A stretch of DNA of 64,000 bases from Bradymonadia bacterium. Its GTDB lineage: Bacteria; Myxococcota_A; Bradymonadia; UBA7976; UBA1532. Position 1 is the first letter of the stretch. Every line of letters starts with the position of its first letter. Position numbers and translations under genes: made by a program. The stretch lies in the NCBI GenBank assembly GCA_046290225.1, contig JBKAGE010000034.1:256001-320000 (forward strand), in the 5' to 3' direction. The notes under the pieces were generated by a model. It worked only from the letters and a program-made list of their open reading frames with translations. It ran no database searches and had not been told where the DNA came from. Shown piece after piece: positions 54,725 through 64,000 of the stretch.

Positions 54725-57700
54725 CAGTCGAGCTCGCGGCGGACTTCCTTGACCTCGTAGACGTCGAGGATGTCACCCTCTTGAACGTCGTTGAAGTCTT
54801 CGAGATCGATACCACACTCGTAGCCGGTGCCTACCTCGCGGACGTCGTTCTTAAAGCGCTTGAGACCCGAGATGCGGCCCTGGTGGACCTGCTCGCCCTC
54901 GCGCATGACCCGACAGAAGGCGTTGCGGAGCACCTTGCCGTCGGTGATGAAGCAACCGGCGATGGCGCCCACCTTGGGGATCCGGAAGACGGCGCGCACC
55001 TCGGCGGTGCCCAGCGCGCTCTCCACGAGATCCGGCGTGAGCATGCCGCTCATCATCTCCTTCACCGCATCGGTGAGGTCGTAGATGACCTGGTAGGTGG
55101 AGATGCGCACCTCCGCCTGGTCAGCCTGACGCTGCGCCTTGGTGTCGGCGCCGATGTTGAAGCCCACGATGACGGCCTGAGAGGCCCCGGCGAGGGTGAC
55201 GTCGGACTCACTCACCACACCGACGGCGTGGTGGATGACCTTGACCTCGACCTCGTCGTTGCTCATCTGCTCGACAGCCTGACGCACGGCCTCGAGGGAG
55301 CCCTGCACGTCGGCCTTGATGATGAGGTTGAGGCTCTCCTTCTTCTCCTCCTCTGCCTTCGCAGCGAAGAGATCGAGGGGGTTCGGCGCCGCAGCCTTGC
55401 GGGCCGCCTCACGGGCCTTGACGGTCCGGGTCTCGACGACCTTCTTGGCGTCACGCTCGTTCTTGGCGAGGCCAAAGGCTTCACCGGCAGGCGGCACACC
55501 GTTCAGGCCGAGGACCTCCACCGGAGTGGAAGGGCCAGCCTCTTTGATGCGCTGCCCGTGATCGTCGAGCATGGCACGTACGCGGCCGTAGAAAGAGCCA
55601 GCGACGAGGTAGTCACCCTGCTTGAGGGTACCCTCTTCGACGAGCACGGTGGCCACAGGACCACGACCCTTGTCGAGGCGGCCTTCGATGACGTGACCGA
55701 AGGCAGGCTTCTTGGGGTTGGCCTTGAGCTCGAGCACCTCGGACTGCAGCGCCAGGCTCTCGAGGAGCTCGTCGACGCCGTTGCCGTTGAGGGCGCTCAC
55801 GGGGGCGAACATGACGTCACCACCCCACTCTTCGGGCACCAGCTCGTACTTGGTCAGCTCTTGCTTGATCCGCTCGGGATCAGCGCCGGGCTTGTCCATC
55901 TTGTTCACGGCCACCACGATGGGCACCTCTGCGGCGCGGGCGTGGTTGATGGCCTCGACGGTCTGGGGCATGACCCCGTCGTCGGCGGCCACCACGAGGA
56001 CCACGATGTCGGTGACCTGAGCACCGCGAGCACGCATGGCGGTAAAGGCGGCGTGGCCAGGGGTGTCCAGGAAGACGACGTTGCCCTGGCTCACGGGCAC
56101 CTTGTAGGCGCCGATGTGCTGGGTGATGCCACCGGCCTCGCCCACCGCTACGCTCGCGGAGCGAATGCGGTCGAGCAAGGTGGTCTTGCCGTGGTCGACG
56201 TGGCCCATGATGGTGACCACGGGGGCACGAAGTTCGGCATCCGGATCTTCCTCGAGCACGGCAGCGTCAGTGGCCACAGAGAGGACGTTGTCCTCCTGGA
56301 AGGCCACGTTGGCGACGGTGTAGTTGTACTCGGTGGCCAGCAACTCAGCGGTCTCGATGTCGATCTGCTGGTTGATGGTGACCATCATGCCCATGCCGAT
56401 GAGCTTCTTCAGGAGCTCGTTGGCCTTGACCCCCATCTCCTTGCCGAGCTCACCGACGCTGATGGTCTCGTCGATGCGTACGATACGCTTGTGCTCGGCG
56501 GGCGTGGTGAGGATGGTCTTGGCGCCCTTGGACCGCGAGGTCCTGCGCTTGCCACCCATCCGGCCCATACGACCACGGCCGTTGCCGTAGAGATCGTCGC
56601 GGGTCAGCTGCCGCTTGCGGCCCTGGTTCCGGTTCCGCGGACCACCGCGATCGTCACGATCGGTGGTGTGACCACCAGGCCGACGACGACGATCGTCCTT
56701 GCCCGACGCCCCGGGAGGCGGCGGCGGCATGTTGGTGGGGTTGAACGGACGCGCGGGACCGCCACCACCAGGGCGACCGGTGCCGGGGCGGCCGGTGCCG
56801 GGGCGGCCGGTGCCGGGGCGACCGGTGCCTGGACGGCCCGTGCCAGGACGACCACCAGGACGACCCGTGCTGCGCTGGGGACGCTGGGTCCGGCGCTTGA
56901 GGGTGTCGAGATCGATGGTACCGAGCACGCGAGCGCCACCAGCAGATCCCGTGGGGCGGTTGGCCTGCCCGGGACGCACAGTGGGACCCTGGCCAGCAGG
57001 CCGCCGACGCTCCGGCTCGCCCTGACGGGCAGGCCGACGCTCGGGACCGCTGCGCTCACCAGATTCAGGCTTGGCAGGGGCGTTGCCCTCAGCCTGCGCT
57101 GCGGGCTTCGCCTCAGCTGGAGCAGCTTCGGCCTTGGCCTCACTCTGCGCAGCGATCGCCTGCTCCGAAGCAGCCTTGGCCGGCGCCTGCTCGGCAGGTG
57201 CAGCCTCAGGTGCCTTCGGCGCAGCAGCCTCGGGGGCCTTTGGCGTCGCCTCGACGGCGGGCGCCACTGGCGCCTGAGCCGTAGCGGTCACCTCAGCTGC
57301 AGCAGCTTGAGGCGCCTCGGCGGCCTTTGGCTCAGCCTTGACTGGCTGCGGCTCGGGGCGTGCGGACGCACCAGGGCGCGCCTCTGCCTCGGTCCGACGA
57401 CCAGGCCGGCTGGCCACGGAGGGGCGCTCCGGACGGCGAGGCACCGCCGGCCGCTCTGGCCGGATGGGCCGCGCGGGGGCCACAGGGGAGCGGCTGGATC
57501 CACCGCTGTCGGCTGGGGCCTTCTTGCGTCGACGACGCACGACACCCGCACCAGTCCCCTCGAGCTGCTCCTCTTTACGAGGGGACCGCTCTGATTCAAT
57601 GGCCTTGCGCAGCCGAGATTCGTTCTCGGAGCTGAGGACCGACATGTAGTTCTTCACGTCGATCTTGAGCTGGTCGCACCGCTTGAGCAGATCGCGGTGG

Positions 57701-57744
57701 TCCATACCGAGCTCTTTGGCGACTTGGAAGACTCTCTTGCCCAT
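54724..57744 (-). CDS. infB: Translation initiation factor IF-2
   Basis: [11 protein letters not shown]-terminus, [49 protein letters not shown]. Confidence 0.98.
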   Translation of the reverse strand: MGKRVFQVAKELGMDHRDLLKRCDQLKIDVKNYMSVLSSENESRLRKAIESERSPRKEEQLEGTGAGVVRRRRKKAPADSGGSSRSPVAPARPIRPERPAVPRRPERPSVASRPGRRTEAEARPGASARPEPQPVKAEPKAAEAPQAAAAEVTATAQAPVAPAVEATPKAPEAAAPKAPEAAPAEQAPAKAASEQAIAAQSEAKAEAAPAEAKPAAQAEGNAPAKPESGERSGPERRPARQGEPERRRPAGQGPTVRPGQANRPTGSAGGARVLGTIDLDTLKRRTQRPQRSTGRPGGRPGTGRPGTGRPGTGRPGTGRPGTGRPGGGGPARPFNPTNMPPPPPGASGKDDRRRRPGGHTTDRDDRGGPRNRNQGRKRQLTRDDLYGNGRGRMGRMGGKRRTSRSKGAKTILTTPAEHKRIVRIDETISVGELGKEMGVKANELLKKLIGMGMMVTINQQIDIETAELLATEYNYTVANVAFQEDNVLSVATDAAVLEEDPDAELRAPVVTIMGHVDHGKTTLLDRIRSASVAVGEAGGITQHIGAYKVPVSQGNVVFLDTPGHAAFTAMRARGAQVTDIVVLVVAADDGVMPQTVEAINHARAAEVPIVVAVNKMDKPGADPERIKQELTKYELVPEEWGGDVMFAPVSALNGNGVDELLESLALQSEVLELKANPKKPAFGHVIEGRLDKGRGPVATVLVEEGTLKQGDYLVAGSFYGRVRAMLDDHGQRIKEAGPSTPVEVLGLNGVPPAGEAFGLAKNERDAKKVVETRTVKAREAARKAAAPNPLDLFAAKAEEEKKESLNLIIKADVQGSLEAVRQAVEQMSNDEVEVKVIHHAVGVVSESDVTLAGASQAVIVGFNIGADTKAQRQADQAEVRISTYQVIYDLTDAVKEMMSGMLTPDLVESALGTAEVRAVFRIPKVGAIAGCFITDGKVLRNAFCRVMREGEQVHQGRISGLKRFKNDVREVGTGYECGIDLEDFNDVQEGDILDVYEVKEVRRELD
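56768..56869 (-). repeat. 15-bp tandem repeat encoding (RPGTG)5 in the IF-2 N-terminal linker
   Basis: RPGG RPGTG x5 RPGGGG. Confidence 0.85.
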
Positions 57745-57806
57745 GCGTTCTCCCGCCGACAGCACATTGAGGCCGTCAAGGGTCGTACCTAGTAAAGGTT
57801 TCGGGG

Positions 57807-58439
57807 TCAGCCCGCAACCAAAACCCGGCGCCGGCGTTCCAGTTCAATTTTGACTCTGCTGGCGAACGCGTCGTCCAGCAGCGCGAGGGCGGCGACGGGC
57901 GCCCCCCCCTGAGTCTCTCCGAGCCAGGCGCGATCTCCGAAGACGATCGCCTCTGCCTCCACCGCCCGTGCGGTTCGTAAGATCCGCTCGGAGGTGCCCT
58001 CGGCGGCGTTCTCGGCCACGAGGGTCAGATTCAATTTACCCCCCTTGAGCCCCGAGAGAATCCGCTCGGTGCCCACGAGGGCTTTTCGGGCCCTGCGGGC
58101 GAGCCGCAGGGTGTCGTCGAGGCGACCATCGATGGCCTCGACGAGCATGGCGGTGAGGGCCTCTTCATCGGGTAGCTCGGTGGCTTCCCCTTTGAAGGCC
58201 CGGGCCAGAGCCCTGCGTTTCACCGCCGCCCGGATGGCCTGAGCGTCGTAGCTCAGGTGGGCACCCCGCCCTGGGGCCTTGAGGTGCCGGTCGATCCGAA
58301 TGATGCCGTCTGGGCCACAGACCAGACGGGCCATGTCTCCTCGAGGATACTGCTCACGGGTCCCGATGCAGGTCCGTGTGGGTCCCTCAGGACGCGGCCG
58401 GGCCACTCGAGGGCCCTTCCGGCGTCCGCCGCGAGACAC
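57807..58439 (-). CDS. YlxR/DUF448 domain fused to an L7Ae/YlxQ-like domain
   Basis: PTRTCIGTR…GRGAHL…RAFK followed by LARRARKALVG…LVAENAAE. Located between nusA and infB. Confidence 0.85.
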   Translation of the reverse strand: MSRGGRRKGPRVARPRPEGPTRTCIGTREQYPRGDMARLVCGPDGIIRIDRHLKAPGRGAHLSYDAQAIRAAVKRRALARAFKGEATELPDEEALTAMLVEAIDGRLDDTLRLARRARKALVGTERILSGLKGGKLNLTLVAENAAEGTSERILRTARAVEAEAIVFGDRAWLGETQGGAPVAALALLDDAFASRVKIELERRRRVLVAG

Positions 58440-58442
58440 GGC

Positions 58443-60161
<1,719 letters not shown>

Positions 60162-60378
60162 GTACGTCGCCCTGTCCAGGTGCCGCCCTCTCTCGGGTCG
60201 GCGCTTACTCGCTGCATCAGCGGCCCCTGACCTCACCTGAGGCCCGGGGGCGTGCTCTCCTCTCCGGCACCTGTGCCGGAGATGGACGGATATGGACCAC
60301 CGCAGACCTCGCGTCAAGGTCTACGCTGGAGATGGGATACACGATGCCCGGCGGGGCCCCGTGCACCGCCTGCGTGCT

Positions 60379-61011
60379 CTACTTCTTCCGGCCCTTGGTG
60401 GAAGGTGCGTCGAAGGCATACTTCAGACGGGCCTTCTGAATGTCGGCGATGGCGAGGGTGAAGATCTCGCCGTCGACCCGAATGTCGAGGGTGCTGCCCA
60501 CGAGCTCGACGTGGGCGCTGTCAGCATCGCCCCGGGCGGCCCCGGGGTGCACGGCGATGATCTCGCCGGAGAATCGTTTACGGCCGTCGAGGGGCTCGCT
60601 CAAGGTCACCGCGGCACTCTCCCCCACCTGGGCGGCGAACTGCGCCGCAGACATCAGGGGGCGGTCGAGGCCCGGGGAAGACACCCGCAACTCGTAAGCC
60701 TGAGGGATCGGATCTTCCACGTCGAGGGCCGCAGAGGCCTCCCGGCTGACCTTGGCGCAGTCGTCGATGCCCACGCCGTTCTCACCGTCGATGTAGAGCC
60801 AGAGCACGAGCCGGTGGCCCTCACGGGCCAGCTCGATGCCCACCAGCACATAACCCAACCCCTCGGCGAGGGGGCCGACGATCTCGCGTACGGCCATAGG
60901 CACTGGGCGTGCTGCCGAACCAATGAGCTCGTCACCCTCGAAGGACACCTTCGAGGTCGCGACGATTTTGGCGTCGGCGTTATGGGGGGCAGTGTGTTCC
61001 AAATTCTCCAT
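60379..61011 (-). CDS. rimP: Ribosome maturation factor RimP
   Basis: GIDDCAKVSR, LDVEDPI, YELRVSSPGLDRPL, ARL. Start uncertain. Confidence 0.95.
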   Translation of the reverse strand: MENLEHTAPHNADAKIVATSKVSFEGDELIGSAARPVPMAVREIVGPLAEGLGYVLVGIELAREGHRLVLWLYIDGENGVGIDDCAKVSREASAALDVEDPIPQAYELRVSSPGLDRPLMSAAQFAAQVGESAAVTLSEPLDGRKRFSGEIIAVHPGAARGDADSAHVELVGSTLDIRVDGEIFTLAIADIQKARLKYAFDAPSTKGRKK

Positions 61012-61080
61012 CAACTTGTGAAGGTGATTGGGTGTCGATGCGGAATGACTTGGCCAGACCTGATGGGTGTGCAGGCTGAC

Positions 61081-61110
61081 AAATTAAAAGGGAGGGTTTG
61101 GGCCCTCCCT
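61081..61110 (-). terminator. Terminator/attenuator-like hairpin in the rimP leader
   Basis: Minus strand AGGGAGGG-CCCAAA-CCCTCCCT followed by TTTAATTT. Confidence 0.7.
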
Positions 61111-61199
61111 GTCATCCCCGAAACGGCCGGATGAGTACCACGCCCTCGGCGGAGGGCGCAAGTCTTTTGCTTCTGAGGCCTCGAGAGACCGTCAGTTCT

Positions 61200-62087
<888 letters not shown>

Positions 62088-62114
62088 GTTAACTCTCCTT
62101 TAAGATCTCTGTGC

Positions 62115-63284
62115 TCAGGCGCTCTGGTTCAGGGCTTCGATGATCAGCTTGGCGCCGGTGGCCATGTCGTCGGCGGGCAGCAGGTTCAGGCCGCTCTCGG
62201 CGAGAATCTTCTTGCCCAGCTCCACGTTGGTGCCGGCGAGGCGGACGGCGACGGGCACGGTGAGGCCCAGATCCTTGGCGGCGGCGACGACACCGTTGGC
62301 GATGACGTCGCACTTCATGATGCCGCCGAAGATGTTCACGAAGACACCCTTCACGTTCTCGTCGCTCAGGATGATCTTGAAGGCCTGGGTCACCTTCTCG
62401 GTGGTGGCGCCGCCACCCACGTCGAGGAAGTTCGCCGGCTCGCCACCGAACTGCTTGATGATGTCCATGGTGGCCATGGCGAGGCCGGCGCCGTTCACCA
62501 TGCAGCCGATGTTGCCATCGAGGCTGATGTAGTTGAGGTCGTACTTGCTGGCCTCGACCTCTTTGGGATCCTCTTCGTCGAGATCTCGCAGCTCCACGAT
62601 GTCGGGGTGCCGGTAGAGGGCGTTGCTGTCGAAGTTGATCTTGGCGTCGAGGGCGATGATGTCGCCGCTGCCCGTGACCACCAGGGGGTTGATCTCAAGC
62701 AGAGAGCAATCCGTCTCGGTGAAGGCCTTGTAGAGGGCCTTCATGAAGGCGCCGGCCTTGCGCACGGTCTTGCCCTCGAGGCCGAGGCCGTAGGCGAGGT
62801 TCCGCGTCTGGTAATCGGAGAGACCCACGGTGGGATCGATCCACTCTTTGAGGATCTTCTCGGGGGTGTGGGCAGCGACCTCTTCGATCTCGGTGCCACC
62901 CTCGGTGCTGGCCATGAAGCACAGCTGGCTGGTCTCGCGGTCGAGGACCACGCCGAGGTAGAGCTCCCGAGCGATGTCGGCGCCTTCCTCGATGTAGATG
63001 CGCTTGACCTCTTTGCCCTCGGGGCCCGTCTGGTGGGTCACCAGGGTCATGCCGAGGATCTCCTCGGAGAGCGTGCGGACTTCTTCAATGGAGCGAGCGA
63101 GCTTCACCCCGCCGCCCTTGCCACGCCCACCGGCGTGGATCTGCGCCTTGACCACCCAGACGGGCCCGCCCAGCTCTTCAGCGGCGGCGACAGCCTCGTC
63201 CACGGTGAAAGCGGCCTTTCCCCGGGGTACAGTGACCCCGTAGGCCTTGATGACTTCCTTGGCCTGGTACTCGTGAATGTTCAT
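62115..63284 (-). CDS. sucC: Succinyl-CoA synthetase beta subunit
   Basis: [54 protein letters not shown]. Confidence 0.98.
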   Translation of the reverse strand: MNIHEYQAKEVIKAYGVTVPRGKAAFTVDEAVAAAEELGGPVWVVKAQIHAGGRGKGGGVKLARSIEEVRTLSEEILGMTLVTHQTGPEGKEVKRIYIEEGADIARELYLGVVLDRETSQLCFMASTEGGTEIEEVAAHTPEKILKEWIDPTVGLSDYQTRNLAYGLGLEGKTVRKAGAFMKALYKAFTETDCSLLEINPLVVTGSGDIIALDAKINFDSNALYRHPDIVELRDLDEEDPKEVEASKYDLNYISLDGNIGCMVNGAGLAMATMDIIKQFGGEPANFLDVGGGATTEKVTQAFKIILSDENVKGVFVNIFGGIMKCDVIANGVVAAAKDLGLTVPVAVRLAGTNVELGKKILAESGLNLLPADDMATGAKLIIEALNQSA

Positions 63285-63519
63285 CCGTACTCGCTCTCCG
63301 GCGATGAATGCCTTTGGTTGTGGTGCCCATCATGGACAGGTCACCTCGCTCGCCGGTTTCTCTACCCCGTTTGGCCGCCGTTGGCCAGCGGAACGCCATC
63401 TCTCGCGGAGAACGGTGCTTCAAAACGGCGCAAGGAGTTGCGCCCTTCGCTGAAGGGGTCCACGATTCGGCTTCAGCGATCCCGGCGGTGTCTGGGACGA
63501 TGTCCGACTTCGAGGCGTA

Positions 63520-64000
63520 ATGACGTCGCTCTTGTCCCGCAGGTTTCCCCTGCGGACGAAGGTCACATTGTTGTTGCTGGCTCTGAGCCTCGCGCCCCTC
63601 GTGCTGAACGGCGTGATCAACGAGAGCCAGGCGGTGGAGCACGGCCGCGAGCAGGCCCGTCACCAAGTAGACCAGGCGGCGAAGGTCACTGCTCGGGCTC
63701 TGGGCCTGCGCCTCAACCAGGTCATGGACGAGCTCCGCGGCCTCGCCCGACACATCCCCGTAGATCCTGCGATGTTCGATCAGCGCCGCCGCGAGGGCGA
63801 CGGCGCCCCCCACCCTGCGCCGCACATCCGCGGCTGGCAGCTGGTCCACGCCTTCGTCGGGCTGGAACCTCTCTACATGCGCGCCTTCGTGGCCCAGCGA
63901 GACGGTCACGTGCTCTTCACGACGCCGTTTCTCTCGTTGAAGGGCCCCGTCTCTCTCGCCGAGGCGCCCTGGTTCTCGGGCATGGCCGCCGAAGGTGGCG
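63520..64000 (+). CDS. Membrane sensor with Cache-like periplasmic domain, 3' end outside window
   Basis: My translation: MTSLLSRRFPLRTKVTLLLLALSLAPLVLNG…RAFVAQRDGHVLF…SLAEAPWF. The TM, long helix and 'DG..L…PWF' pattern fit a dCache domain. The frame is open to the window end. Confidence 0.7.
   Translation, partial: MTSLLSRRFPLRTKVTLLLLALSLAPLVLNGVINESQAVEHGREQARHQVDQAAKVTARALGLRLNQVMDELRGLARHIPVDPAMFDQRRREGDGAPHPAPHIRGWQLVHAFVGLEPLYMRAFVAQRDGHVLFTTPFLSLKGPVSLAEAPWFSGMAAEGG

Noticed and set aside
57807..58439. YlxR-L7Ae fusion as a novelty
   Set aside because: Such fusions between nusA and infB are already familiar in other bacteria.

Overview
High-GC (roughly two-thirds G+C by eye) bacterial chromosomal segment. 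Gene content and order suggest a Myxococcota/deltaproteobacterial-type organism (inference). From left to right: the 3' end of a sigma-54 enhancer-binding protein gene; a putative sigma-54 promoter; a ~17.7 kb type II secretion (gsp) cluster; a TPR-containing soluble lytic transglycosylase; a System I*-type cytochrome c maturation (ccm) operon; moaA; a TPAT-type TRAP transporter; a 2094-aa TPR protein; a 7-heme cytochrome c coupled to a diguanylate cyclase and an atypical Ser/Thr kinase; the housekeeping block rimP-nusA-ylxR/Q-infB-rbfA-truB-rpsO-pnp-dut; sucCD; and the start of a Cache-type sensor gene. The most unusual features lie in the T2SS cluster: (1) a signal peptidase II (LspA) fused to a pseudopilin-G head with a C-terminal membrane anchor; (2) a secreted chimera of the secretin N0 domain and the GspC PDZ domain, apparently made by local tandem duplication; (3) three GspG-domain genes; (4) a 61-aa headless prepilin-like ORF; (5) a shared TGNCA-N3-TGNCA-type box upstream of both gspC and gspG. 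I saw no rRNA, tRNA, CRISPR array or mobile element. All calls come from motif recognition by eye, with no database searches.
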